From positions 23,970 to 87,969 of IMG/VR virus record IMGVR_UViG_3300042557_001040: DNA of 64,000 nucleotides. One strand, given 5' to 3'. Positions within the stretch are counted from its first letter, which is position 1; the number at the start of each line of letters is the position of its first letter. The position numbers and the translations under genes were made by a program. Of this stretch, positions 48,742 through 58,830 are shown piece after piece. Below the pieces are notes generated by a model. The model had not been told where the DNA came from and made no database searches. It saw only the letters and a program-made list of their open reading frames with translations. Origin of the DNA: a virus.

Positions 48742-49326
48742 TTATAACATATTAAATTCATCATAATCATTTAGAAGATCTTCAGTTTCATCTTTTTTAA
48801 ACTGTTTAAACTTTTCTTTTCTAAACAATCTAGACACCTTCACTAAGTTGTCTACCATTATATATTTCTTCCATTGCAAAGGGTAGGTTTTTCCTACCGT
48901 TCTTGTAAACCCTCTGATTCCCTTAAATGCCCAAAGCTCATGATTTTTAAATCTATACTTAGTTTCATAGTTAGTATAGAATATCTTAGCTATGTAATTA
49001 TCTGATTCCCAATTTTGATTTTGAAGCTTCACACCATATATTGCGCTTTTATTAAAATCAATATTGTCTTTTTTTCTAGGGCAAGTTCCTATAAAAATGT
49101 ATCCCAGCTGTTCAGGAAGCTCCACCCCATCTCTGCATTCAACCACTTCTTCCCAAATTCTTTGGTTAAAAGTGTTGATGATTTCCTTAAACTGCTCTAT
49201 TGTAATATGGGCATGTTTAGGATTTTCTTCAATAAACTTTTTATAAAAAGTTACATTAGTTAAATTAAGCTTCTTTGGCCTATATCTAGGTGCATTAAGA
49301 TCTGGCTTCTTGTATTTTTTTAACAT
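48742..49326 (-). CDS. IHF/HU-like protein (crAss-type)
   Basis: Basic 194-aa protein, IINTFNQRIWEEVV...GVELPEQLGYIFI, conserved position before the ring genes. Confidence 0.65.
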   Translation of the reverse strand: MLKKYKKPDLNAPRYRPKKLNLTNVTFYKKFIEENPKHAHITIEQFKEIINTFNQRIWEEVVECRDGVELPEQLGYIFIGTCPRKKDNIDFNKSAIYGVKLQNQNWESDNYIAKIFYTNYETKYRFKNHELWAFKGIRGFTRTVGKTYPLQWKKYIMVDNLVKVSRLFRKEKFKQFKKDETEDLLNDYDEFNML

Positions 49327-49334
49327 GCACTTTA

Positions 49335-49382
49335 TATATTATAATTTACAAAAAATTACTGAAGTTTCCTACTTAAACTTTT
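49335..49382 (-). promoter_or_regulatory. candidate phage late promoter/operator
   Basis: Minus strand AAAGTTTAA...TAAATTATAATATA, with inverted repeat AAGTTT-N7-AAACTT. Confidence 0.45.
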
Positions 49383-49387
49383 AATGT

Positions 49388-50587
49388 TTAAGCTGTATGT
49401 ATAAACTCTGAAACCTTGCCATGGTCTTTACTATGACACTCTAAAATGGCTTGTCTCTTAGCCCCAGTATATTTATTATGGTAGTGCCAATAGTCTGTCT
49501 TAGAAAGACTGGGAAGATGCTTTATAGAGAAACCATGATGCTCATTATCAGTGACAAACTCTGTAGTCTTTTTACTATGGAAGTGTCCTGTGTAGCAGGT
49601 TCTATATTTGGTGTCCCCCCAGAGTTCAGGATATTCTGTTGCATAAACCAACGGGGTGTTTTTCTTAGAAACATCCCCGTGTTCAAATGCAAAGAAATTT
49701 GCACCATATGTAATCACTTTTCTCTCTGAGTAGTCTGCATGGAAAGTGATGGCTTTCTCATCTTTAAAGCACTTACTTAAAGCATGTGCAATATGATAAG
49801 AACTCAGTCTATCATGATTACCTGGAACGTACACAACGTCCAACTCAAGACAAAACTGTTTAATATAGTTAATAGACCAATAGAGAGCATCAAAGGCATC
49901 CTTATAGGCATCATAGCATCTTTGACTATTATCTACAGGCGTGCCTGAGGTGGTGGTACCAGAAAAGCTGTCCATGTTAAGAAGATCTCCTCCTACAACA
50001 TACACCATCTTTGCAAGGACATGTGCCATATAAGCCCTTGGTACTAAGTTAGTTATAGCATTCTCAAAGTCTTTTACAATAGTCTCATTATTCTCTTTTC
50101 CAAAATGAAGGTCCTGAATTGACAGGACCCCACATACATCATATTCAAACCTATCGTTTATAAAAGGCTTTTTTATAGGAGTGTAGCTAGGGGAGAAGTC
50201 TTCCAACACTCTTGCAAGAACATCTTTCTCTTCTTGCTTTACTGCTGTAACTAGAGCTGAGATATGCCACCCGTCATGTCTTTCCTTATTCCAATAACTG
50301 GAAAGTTTCCATTTTGCAGTGTCAATTTTAAGAAGTGCAATAATCTCTTCTGCACTTTTAGGCTCACTGACAGAAACCCCTTTTATTTCAGCTGTACCAT
50401 TGTCCAAATCTTCTTTAAACTCAACCACCCTGTTAGGTCTAGGATGCTCAATAATTTCACCAAATTGGAAGTTAATTTGTTTCTTCAACTGTTTGTATTT
50501 CTCAACAGAAATACCTAGTTTTGCAGCCACTTCTTTATTTGACTTTTTCCATTTAAGTGAGTTCTTCACTTGATCAAGTAATGTCAT
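49388..50587 (-). CDS. calcineurin-like metallophosphoesterase with N-terminal HTH
   Basis: DLHFGK, GDLLN, GNHD, HGD and GHFH motifs. N-terminal KEVAAKLGIS HTH. Confidence 0.88.
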   Translation of the reverse strand: MTLLDQVKNSLKWKKSNKEVAAKLGISVEKYKQLKKQINFQFGEIIEHPRPNRVVEFKEDLDNGTAEIKGVSVSEPKSAEEIIALLKIDTAKWKLSSYWNKERHDGWHISALVTAVKQEEKDVLARVLEDFSPSYTPIKKPFINDRFEYDVCGVLSIQDLHFGKENNETIVKDFENAITNLVPRAYMAHVLAKMVYVVGGDLLNMDSFSGTTTSGTPVDNSQRCYDAYKDAFDALYWSINYIKQFCLELDVVYVPGNHDRLSSYHIAHALSKCFKDEKAITFHADYSERKVITYGANFFAFEHGDVSKKNTPLVYATEYPELWGDTKYRTCYTGHFHSKKTTEFVTDNEHHGFSIKHLPSLSKTDYWHYHNKYTGAKRQAILECHSKDHGKVSEFIHTA

Positions 50588-50607
50588 ATGTTATAGTATT
50601 AGTTTCA

Positions 50608-50637
50608 TAAAGATAAGCATTATTATTAAATATCAAA
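50608..50637 (-). promoter_or_regulatory. candidate Bacteroidota sigma70-type promoter
   Basis: Minus strand TTTG-N18-TATCTTTA, near consensus TTTG...TAnnTTTG. Confidence 0.5.
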
Positions 50638-50668
50638 AAATAAGTCCCCAGTATAGAAATACCGGGGA
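50635..50668 (-). terminator. intrinsic terminator after the glycosyltransferase genes
   Basis: Minus strand TCCCCGGTAT-TTCT-ATACTGGGGA (one G-U pair) followed by CTTATTTTTT. Confidence 0.75.
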
Positions 50669-50708
50669 TCTTGTTATTGGAGGAACCAACAAACCTCCTT
50701 TTTATCTT

Positions 50709-52391
50709 TTATTGCTTTATTGTTAAACAATATTCAATTAATTTTTTAATTCTTTGATTGTGATCAGGGCTTTTCCAACCTCTAGAAAACCAAGAGTGGT
50801 ATGCAAAATCAACACCTGAATGATTTTTTAAAACTGTTGCATACTCATCATCTTTAAAATCATATGCATTTAGGTATAATGGTATCATACCTTTTCTTAA
50901 ACATAAGAAGAAAATTGCATAATATGGTTCAAAATTATCATAGGATATTTTAAAATCTTTTTTAAGCAAGTGATAAGGTGTAAACTTTTCTAAATCTTTA
51001 GAATACAAATTAAATCCTTTAGTATTTAAAAACTCTTCTCTTAATCTTTTAAGATTGATTATACTAAAAAATAAATTTATCCCAACTGGATTATGAAATC
51101 TATGACTTATTACTCCACCGTCTGGCATACCTGAGAAACCTATGTTATTTCTAATTTGATAAAATAACAAATCTAACATTGCAGTTTTGTTTGTTATAAA
51201 ACAATCTTCATCTATATAGATCATCCAATCTATATCTGTAAGAGTTTTAATAGCATCCTCAAGAAACTGTAAACCATATCTACCACCTTTACCTGAAATG
51301 TTTATACATTCAAAAGGAAGATCAGAATAAAAACTTTTTGAAATTTCAAACAAGTCATCATGCTGAGAATTTGTAACAATTTTTATTCTACTAAAATCTG
51401 GTTCTTTTGATAAATGGGTAAATCCTATTCTATTTGCAATAGTTACAAAATTATTTTTACCATAGTCATTATCATAAATACTTACGTTGTTTCCATAGTT
51501 ATTACCTCCAGTAAAAGAATCAGAATGATAAAGATGAATCATTTGAGCATTAAGTCTTTTAGAACTTAATCTAAATTCCATACATTTATTATGAAATGCA
51601 TCATCTTCTACACCCCAACCTTTAAAACGCTCATCAAATCCGCCCACCCTATAATAATTATTAGAACTGAGTATTCCAATACCACCTGATGCACTTTTCA
51701 AGGAATCTACTTTTCTATTAGAGTTATCTCCTGTATTATCTTCATTATTTAAAATAAACTGTTCTGTTTCTTGTTTAGATAAATAATAAACAGGATTACC
51801 ATAAGGTATTACAAAAAAACTATCAAAATCTGCATAATATGTGTGAATACTATTTAGAAATGCTACATCCAATAAACAATCAGCATCAGCTAAAATTACG
51901 TAATCACTATTACTAACATTAAATCCTTGATTAAATCCTAATGATCTAGAATAAAAATCACCATTTGTATTTAAATGAACATACTTATCTATCTTATCAT
52001 ATATTACACTTAAGTCAGCTCTAGTATCTTGTTCAACAATTATTATTTTAGCATCAGGAAGATGTTTCTTATAATACTGAACTGTATAAATAAGATTTCT
52101 AAGTCTATCTGGTGTAGCATCTCTAAATCCTATTATAACAGAAAAAGTTTTCTTTGATGAGTTTATATTTATGGTTGATTCTTCTGGCCAAGAATTTTCA
52201 CTATCCTTACCAAACTCTTTATATTTTAGATATAAAGATTTAAAATGCCCAGGACAAGGATCTCCAAAAATTGCATTAGAAACATACAGATTTAAACTAT
52301 CATCTTTAATATATGATTTTACAATATCTGTTACATCTGTAGAACCATTTCTTAAACTACCATAAACCGCACTAATAATTTCCAAACTCAT
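50709..52391 (-). CDS. multidomain glycosyltransferase (lectin-like N-domain + GT2/GT7-like + second GT-A domain)
   Basis: IISAVYG..DVT..FGDPCPG N-domain. RSLGFNQG, DADC and GGFDERFKGWGVEDD. Second DxD motif (IDEDC). Likely ATG at 52391. Confidence 0.85.
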   Translation of the reverse strand: MSLEIISAVYGSLRNGSTDVTDIVKSYIKDDSLNLYVSNAIFGDPCPGHFKSLYLKYKEFGKDSENSWPEESTININSSKKTFSVIIGFRDATPDRLRNLIYTVQYYKKHLPDAKIIIVEQDTRADLSVIYDKIDKYVHLNTNGDFYSRSLGFNQGFNVSNSDYVILADADCLLDVAFLNSIHTYYADFDSFFVIPYGNPVYYLSKQETEQFILNNEDNTGDNSNRKVDSLKSASGGIGILSSNNYYRVGGFDERFKGWGVEDDAFHNKCMEFRLSSKRLNAQMIHLYHSDSFTGGNNYGNNVSIYDNDYGKNNFVTIANRIGFTHLSKEPDFSRIKIVTNSQHDDLFEISKSFYSDLPFECINISGKGGRYGLQFLEDAIKTLTDIDWMIYIDEDCFITNKTAMLDLLFYQIRNNIGFSGMPDGGVISHRFHNPVGINLFFSIINLKRLREEFLNTKGFNLYSKDLEKFTPYHLLKKDFKISYDNFEPYYAIFFLCLRKGMIPLYLNAYDFKDDEYATVLKNHSGVDFAYHSWFSRGWKSPDHNQRIKKLIEYCLTIKQ

Positions 52392-52392
52392 A

Positions 52393-53307
52393 CTACAAAT
52401 GTTTTTTAGAAGTTTCAATAATTTCTTTTACATAATTGTATGAGCAGTATTCTTTGCTATATTTATTTAAATCAATGTTGGTATATGGATCTGTATTTAT
52501 AAACTCCCCTTTAAAAAATAATTCTTTTCTTTCAGGAGTTACACCAGCATTGTGAAATATTGGAGCTTCATCCCATCTTTGTATATTATCTGTTGCCCAG
52601 CAAAAGTCCAATCTTTTATCCACCTTGGTTTCATTTCCAAATAACCAAGCATTCCATAAAAGAGACCACATACCTGCTGTCCATTTCTGTATAGAATGAC
52701 CTTGTCCTTTCCAATGTGGTTCAATATCATTAAAGTATTTATACAACTTTATTGAATCTTTCTCCACCTTATCCCAATATTCATAACTACTGTTTTTTAC
52801 AATGTACTGTGCTCCTCCAGAATTACTGTTTAAAAGCTTAGGAATTAAAGGATCCATCCCAATAACATTACACATTCCAAGATAAACATCATCACCCTTA
52901 GTTAAAATATACTGTGTACCTATATAACCAACAGTATCACTCATGTACCAAATTTTATCATGCTCCATGCTTTTAAAGTCCACGGGCTTTGTAAAAATTA
53001 TGTCTGAATCATGAAGAAATAAAGTGGTTTCTTCAAGTTGAGGGTGGGCTTTAAGATGTTGCTTTAGAAGGTTAAAGTAAACAGAAGGTATGTATGAATA
53101 CTCTTCGCGTGTGTCTGTGTAGAAATAAAATCCTACATCACTATATGTTTTTTGTAAAGTTTTCCAATTTTCTGGAACATTCTGGTCATATGAACAAAGT
53201 ATATGAATATCACCAGGGTTTATTCCGTTCTTTACAAAGTTGTTAATCATTACTTCCACCTGCCAAGTGTAATACTCTATAGCAGGTTGTGCACAGATAA
53301 ATTTCAT
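52393..53307 (-). CDS. GT-A fold glycosyltransferase (peptide O-glycosyltransferase-like)
   Basis: YYTWQVEVM, YSYIPS, FLHDSDIIF, GGAQY, WTAGMW and HNAG motifs. Confidence 0.75.
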   Translation of the reverse strand: MKFICAQPAIEYYTWQVEVMINNFVKNGINPGDIHILCSYDQNVPENWKTLQKTYSDVGFYFYTDTREEYSYIPSVYFNLLKQHLKAHPQLEETTLFLHDSDIIFTKPVDFKSMEHDKIWYMSDTVGYIGTQYILTKGDDVYLGMCNVIGMDPLIPKLLNSNSGGAQYIVKNSSYEYWDKVEKDSIKLYKYFNDIEPHWKGQGHSIQKWTAGMWSLLWNAWLFGNETKVDKRLDFCWATDNIQRWDEAPIFHNAGVTPERKELFFKGEFINTDPYTNIDLNKYSKEYCSYNYVKEIIETSKKHL

Positions 53308-53334
53308 TAGTATGTTGGTTTTTTGGTTACACTA

Positions 53335-56300
53335 TTATGGTGGTGTAGTGGTTGTAGTTGTACACCATAGATTTGTAGTTACTACACCTCCAGATTTTTC
53401 ATAAATTAATATAGCATTTGTAAAATCAAATGCAGGCTGAAATGATGATGTTGATAAAATTGCTCCACTTAAATTCAAGTTTGAGTATACTTGGTAGTTA
53501 TCGTCAACATCCGCAGGAATAGTTGCACTAGTTATTATTCTAATTGCACTATATATTAAAGTTATTCTACCATCATTAAAAAGTCTAGTCCATCCTGAAC
53601 CAGCCCCTACTGCAGAAGTAAAGTATTTATTTACTACAGAATAGTTTTTATAAACAGACGTTCCACTATTAAACGGTGCATTAATATATTGATTTGTAAT
53701 CAAAAATGCGTCAAATAATTGAAACCTTGGGAACCAATCTACTTGAGTTCCGTTGTTTGTTGCTCTTATTAGTTTATGACTACGAACAGCATCAATATTA
53801 ATATTATTTGTAACAAAAGATGTTGATGTTGCAGAAACATTTGTTCCAATATAAGCTGCAAGTTGATTTATTTTAACTAAATAGTTATTGTGTATAGCTG
53901 CGCAATTTGTGCAAGTGCCCATCACAGTAGATGTCAGCGTTTGATATTGTATAGTAATTTTATTTAAACCAGCATCAAAAATAATTGGTGTAGTATAATG
54001 TACCCAAACACCATCACTAAAAGCATTTCCACTTGTTCCAAGAATAACAAAAGTTTCTGAAACGTCTCCACAATTTCCATTTAAGAACTTTGTAATATTA
54101 AAGTAAAGATATTGATAATATTCCGGAACTGTATTGCTAGGATTAAATATTGGAGCAACAGTATTCATCCAATTTATTCCAGCATCATAATCATTTTTAT
54201 ATTTATTAAAATCAGTAGAACTAGAAAACTGAAGATATACTTCATTGTTATTTCTTGTTATTGTTATTGATCCAGAAGCTGTTTGACAACTAATAGAATT
54301 TTTAAACTGAGTGCTATAATTACAATCTACAAGTCCAAGAGGTATATCTGTACTCCAAGGACCCAAACTAGTAGAATTAGAAACTTTTAAATATTTACCA
54401 ACAAAACTACTATCATTAAATGCTGCAGATGTTGTTTGATATAATTGAAATCTAGTTTGACAAAGTGGAGATGCATATGAAATAACAGTTGCTGGGTCAT
54501 CTAATTTACAAGCATCTATGGATGGTCTTGCAACAGTAGTACTAAAATTAGCAACTGTTTCGCACTTCATATAAAGTTTCCAAGATGTGTTTGCATTTGG
54601 TGTTGGTGTAATACCGCTTTGGTAAGCCCAGTTTGCAGTGACTGTAATTCTTAAGTAATCTCCAGCAGCATATGTAAAAGATGTTAATTCTAAAACATCA
54701 TAATATATACCAGAATTATATAATACAGGATTTTGATTTGACCAAGTTGAAGTTATAGCTCCTAAATCACCACCAGTTGCCAAGTTCAATATAGTGGTAG
54801 ATGTACTATTAGTTGGAGAAACATACTCAACCAACAACTTATCAGAAATACTACCAGGCGCAAAATAATACGGGAAGTATTTTGTTGTAGGATCTAATAT
54901 AAAACCAATTGTTTTATCAGCATCAGTTGGAATATTTATTGAAGGATTGTAAGTTAATCTGTGTGTATAATTAGCAAGTTGTCCTGTATCAGTATTACTT
55001 AAAGGACTTCCTACTGGTGGAGTAGCACATGTTAAGTTTTCTACACTTATTGTATTTAAACAAGATTGATTTGCTAAGTCTGGTGCATATTGTGTAACAC
55101 CAGGTATGTAGTCAGCAATATCTGAAACATATTTTATTGTATCTAATATAACATATCTTATAACAGGAATCCATGTTCCCCCTTGAACAGGTCGTGCATT
55201 TGCTCCTGTAAACGGATGAAGTTGAAGAGCACCACTACCAGCATTTCCTGATGTAAACTGATCAACAGGACTAGATGTACTATCTAAATACCAATCAATA
55301 AAATAATCAGTAAGACTACACGAGGCAGCTTCCAAAACACCAACAGACAAGAAACCAATACTGCCTGAATCAATTGTACCTGTTCCAAAATCTAAACCAC
55401 AATCAGCACATCTTCCAGCTATAACAGCAATAGTGGTAGTTGTAGTGGTACTTGTAGATGTTGTAGTGCTGGTACTAGTGGTAGAAGTTGTAGTTGTAGG
55501 CTCTTCGGTCGTAGTGGTAGTAGTTGGCGCAACTGTTGTAGTGGTTGTTGTCGTACTCGTACTTGTGGTAGACGTAGTGCTAGTAGTAGACGTAGTAGTC
55601 CACCCCTCAGGAAGAACACTTGTAGTAAGCCTTATTCTAATATTATCTGAATATAAGAATGATATTGGGTTTGAGGTGTATGTACCTGTACCTGTTAAAA
55701 TACTACTGCCACTAGATGTCCAAAGAACATTGTTTTTAAATATAGTAATTACACCACCATCTGTACTATTGATAAAGTAGTCAACAACAACTTGATAACT
55801 ATTTCTTGTTGCATCTACAGTGCCTGTTTCTAAAATAGTTACAGGATAGCCACCAGAAGTTAAAGAATACCAGCCATCATTTGTAACATCATTTATAGAA
55901 GAACCACCTGGACCCTGAACCTCCACTCTAAATATTCCATTAGGTTCGGTAGGACAAGATGTAGAAGATTGAACAGTAGATACCACTCCATTATTTAAAA
56001 CATAATAACAATTTGTTCCATCACTATAATATCCTGTTTGAACATTTCCATAAGGACTAGGAGCAGCTGGAGCAGTTGTTAAAAAGAACAAATTACAATC
56101 AACTCCAAAACTCAAAGGATCACAGTTTGTATAATATACAAGTGACGAAGAGCAATTACACGCAGACTGACAAGAAGAACCAAAACAAAGTTCAATACCA
56201 TTTAATTCAGCGGGTGGAGTTGTTGTAGTGGTAGTTGTAGGTTCAATAGTCGTAGTGGTACTTGTAGTGCTAGTGCTTGTAGTGCTAGTAGTGGTGGCTA

Positions 56301-57195
56301 CAGGGCAACCATCTGCACAAAGACCAATTAATTGTGTAAAGTTACCTCCTCTATATTCAATACTATCTGTTCTAGCACATTGATATTTTTGTAATCCTGC
56401 ACCTACACTACTAATTAAAGTGTTTCCTGTTTCACAATCAGAATAAGAATAACTAAGAGCTGCTGGAGTTTCATTCTCAAGCAAGTAACAGAGGCACTCA
56501 ATAACTGGGGGAACAGTGGTTGTAGTTGTTGTAGAGCTAGTGGTAGTTATTATACTAGAAGGAGGGCAACTAATGTTTTGAAGATATTTGTCACAATTAT
56601 TAAGACTAGTTAAGAAAGAAGTTCCTGAAGCCAATAAAACCAAATTTGTTGGTGTAGGAACATACAAGGAAGTTGGCCCACTATACCCCAAAGACTCAAT
56701 ATTTGCAAATGTTGCAACAATCCAAATATAAGTTGTAGTGGGACTTAGAACATCTGCATAAACTTCTCCAATTGTAAAGCAAGGAGTAGTTGGGTTAACT
56801 ATAATAGGCAACCCTGTCTGGTATGACTTGCAGCAAACTAAATAGTAAGGTGGACAAGTAGTTGTGGTGGTTGTACTTGTCGTAGTTGTAGGAGGAAGAG
56901 TGGTGGTGGTTGTTGTACTAGTGCTTGTAGTGGTACTAGTTGTAGTTGTTGAAGTGGTGGTAGTTGTAGGCAGAGGAATGCAGCATTGCTGAATGCCCTG
57001 TAACAACTTGATAATCACCTCATTAAAATCATCACCATTTTTAATATCAGCACAGGGATGGTCTACACCATTATATATAATACAATGACTTTTTTCGTAT
57101 TGTCCTTCACAAATATCTACAGAAGGACACAACGGGTTTATCGTTGTAGTTGTCGTTGTAGACGTTGTTGTTACACAATTTATTTCTAAAGCCAT
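53335..57195 (-). CDS. Cys-rich, poly-Thr (mucin-like) virion appendage protein
   Basis: 1286 aa with six Thr/Ser tracts separating Cys-rich and beta-rich domains. Confidence 0.75.
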   Translation of the reverse strand: MALEINCVTTTSTTTTTTINPLCPSVDICEGQYEKSHCIIYNGVDHPCADIKNGDDFNEVIIKLLQGIQQCCIPLPTTTTTSTTTTSTTTSTSTTTTTTLPPTTTTSTTTTTTCPPYYLVCCKSYQTGLPIIVNPTTPCFTIGEVYADVLSPTTTYIWIVATFANIESLGYSGPTSLYVPTPTNLVLLASGTSFLTSLNNCDKYLQNISCPPSSIITTTSSTTTTTTVPPVIECLCYLLENETPAALSYSYSDCETGNTLISSVGAGLQKYQCARTDSIEYRGGNFTQLIGLCADGCPVATTTSTTSTSTTSTTTTIEPTTTTTTTPPAELNGIELCFGSSCQSACNCSSSLVYYTNCDPLSFGVDCNLFFLTTAPAAPSPYGNVQTGYYSDGTNCYYVLNNGVVSTVQSSTSCPTEPNGIFRVEVQGPGGSSINDVTNDGWYSLTSGGYPVTILETGTVDATRNSYQVVVDYFINSTDGGVITIFKNNVLWTSSGSSILTGTGTYTSNPISFLYSDNIRIRLTTSVLPEGWTTTSTTSTTSTTSTSTTTTTTTVAPTTTTTTEEPTTTTSTTSTSTTTSTSTTTTTTIAVIAGRCADCGLDFGTGTIDSGSIGFLSVGVLEAASCSLTDYFIDWYLDSTSSPVDQFTSGNAGSGALQLHPFTGANARPVQGGTWIPVIRYVILDTIKYVSDIADYIPGVTQYAPDLANQSCLNTISVENLTCATPPVGSPLSNTDTGQLANYTHRLTYNPSINIPTDADKTIGFILDPTTKYFPYYFAPGSISDKLLVEYVSPTNSTSTTILNLATGGDLGAITSTWSNQNPVLYNSGIYYDVLELTSFTYAAGDYLRITVTANWAYQSGITPTPNANTSWKLYMKCETVANFSTTVARPSIDACKLDDPATVISYASPLCQTRFQLYQTTSAAFNDSSFVGKYLKVSNSTSLGPWSTDIPLGLVDCNYSTQFKNSISCQTASGSITITRNNNEVYLQFSSSTDFNKYKNDYDAGINWMNTVAPIFNPSNTVPEYYQYLYFNITKFLNGNCGDVSETFVILGTSGNAFSDGVWVHYTTPIIFDAGLNKITIQYQTLTSTVMGTCTNCAAIHNNYLVKINQLAAYIGTNVSATSTSFVTNNINIDAVRSHKLIRATNNGTQVDWFPRFQLFDAFLITNQYINAPFNSGTSVYKNYSVVNKYFTSAVGAGSGWTRLFNDGRITLIYSAIRIITSATIPADVDDNYQVYSNLNLSGAILSTSSFQPAFDFTNAILIYEKSGGVVTTNLWCTTTTTTPP

Positions 57196-57210
57196 TATTA
57201 TATTAATTTA

Positions 57211-58830
57211 TTATATTGAACATGGTGCTAGAGTTCCAGGTCCATATAAAACATAAATGGTATATATTTCTCCACTAAGAACATTTAAAGAAATGCTTGT
57301 GCTACCACCACCAGGAACTGTCGGACCAAATGTAGCATATGTGGTTGTTAATGCCCCAATACTCTTACAAACTAAATATTGCATTATAGTGCCACTTCCA
57401 GTCCAACTTAATTGAACAAGATAGTCACCATTACCAGTTGTACTTCCACTGGTTGGTCCAGTAGCATTTTCTATAGAAGTGCTAGGTAGTAACTTATCAA
57501 TAACTGTTGAATATGTTCCACCACTTCCACTAACACTCCATGATACCACCCCTGCACCAAGCGGTGCTGCTGTAGTGGTTGTTGTCGTACTTGTTGTTGA
57601 TGTAGTAGATGTGGTTGTACTTGTTGTACTAGTAGATGTTGTTGATGTTGTAGTTCCACCTGCAGGAAGAACTTGCCATCTAACATCATCATTAAGGTTT
57701 ATTGCAACTCCTGGTATAACAAAACCTGATCCAGGATCATTTGCAGGAATGGTTGGAGATGTATATACTAAAATATTGTTAACGTATAAGTATACAATAC
57801 AAGCAATTGGTCCAGTATTTATATCAAATTGAACACGATTTGGATCATCTACACCTGTAAATGAACCCATCAAAGTACTTGAATAAGATGTGTTCTCTGT
57901 AAAACTTTGAAATCCACCTAACCAATAAGAAGAATTTCCAATAGGTGCAGAAGCATACAAAGAATAACTCGTATTAAAATAAAATAAAGGAGATGATCCA
58001 ACACTACCGATATTTACTTGAAATGCACCATTTTCACAATCTGTCAATGGATCATTACAAGAAGCAAGTTTTGTAATTTCTAAATCAACATCTCCCGTAA
58101 CTTGAGATCTGCTACATCTTAAAATACTTTGAACAGCATTTAATTGATATGTAACAGGGGCTCCTGTTACACAATCCGTAATTGTATAGTCTAAGTTATC
58201 AATATCTGTAAGATTGTCTATTCTATAACAATCACAAGGTGGAATAGTAGTAGTAGTTGTGCTTGTACTAGTACTTGTAGTAGTACTTGTAGTAGTGCCA
58301 GGAACACAAGGTGTTATTGCTATAATCTTACCATCTATGTTTGTTTCATAACAATCTACCCCATTACTATAAAATCCTGCTTGTACATCTCTTGATGTAT
58401 TTGTATATATAACACAATCTGTCTGAAGATCCGTGCAGCAAGAATAGTAATTACCAGCACTATCTGTAAAGTTTGAACATGCTTTAACGCAACTACTATT
58501 ATCATATCCCAATGTGTAATCAAACAAACTACAAAGAGCTTGTGTTGTAGTGGTAGTAGTTGAACTTGTTGACGTAGTAGAAGTGGTAGTGGACGTTGTA
58601 CTTGTTGTGGATGTTGTCGTTGTACTAGTTGTGGTGGGAGGAGGAAATAAACAGTTATTAACAGAAATCACCACCTTCTCAATTGTTTCTGTTAATGTCT
58701 CACAGTTCTTTATCCCAAAACAATCTACATTACATCCTGTATATGTAACACAATCTGTATTGTACACAGCAGAATACCCTATTGCATCTGGGCAAGTAGT
58801 AGTCGTAGTGGTGCTGGTTGTACCCACCAC
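57211..58830 (-). CDS. Cys-rich, poly-Thr virion appendage protein (5' end uncertain)
   Basis: 539 aa with four Thr tracts. No ATG start, and the frame stays open upstream (HHYCNTDCVDQVV) inside the next gene. Confidence 0.7.
   Translation of the reverse strand: MVGTTSTTTTTTCPDAIGYSAVYNTDCVTYTGCNVDCFGIKNCETLTETIEKVVISVNNCLFPPPTTTSTTTTSTTSTTSTTTSTTSTSSTTTTTTQALCSLFDYTLGYDNSSCVKACSNFTDSAGNYYSCCTDLQTDCVIYTNTSRDVQAGFYSNGVDCYETNIDGKIIAITPCVPGTTTSTTTSTSTSTTTTTIPPCDCYRIDNLTDIDNLDYTITDCVTGAPVTYQLNAVQSILRCSRSQVTGDVDLEITKLASCNDPLTDCENGAFQVNIGSVGSSPLFYFNTSYSLYASAPIGNSSYWLGGFQSFTENTSYSSTLMGSFTGVDDPNRVQFDINTGPIACIVYLYVNNILVYTSPTIPANDPGSGFVIPGVAINLNDDVRWQVLPAGGTTTSTTSTSTTSTTTSTTSTTSTTTTTTAAPLGAGVVSWSVSGSGGTYSTVIDKLLPSTSIENATGPTSGSTTGNGDYLVQLSWTGSGTIMQYLVCKSIGALTTTYATFGPTVPGGGSTSISLNVLSGEIYTIYVLYGPGTLAPCSI

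Noticed and set aside
11992-50573. Numerous 60-240 aa + strand ORFs inside large - strand genes (e.g. 34313-35026, 41373-41987)
   Set aside because: They have the Phe/Ser/Leu-rich composition typical of antisense shadows and no recognisable motifs.
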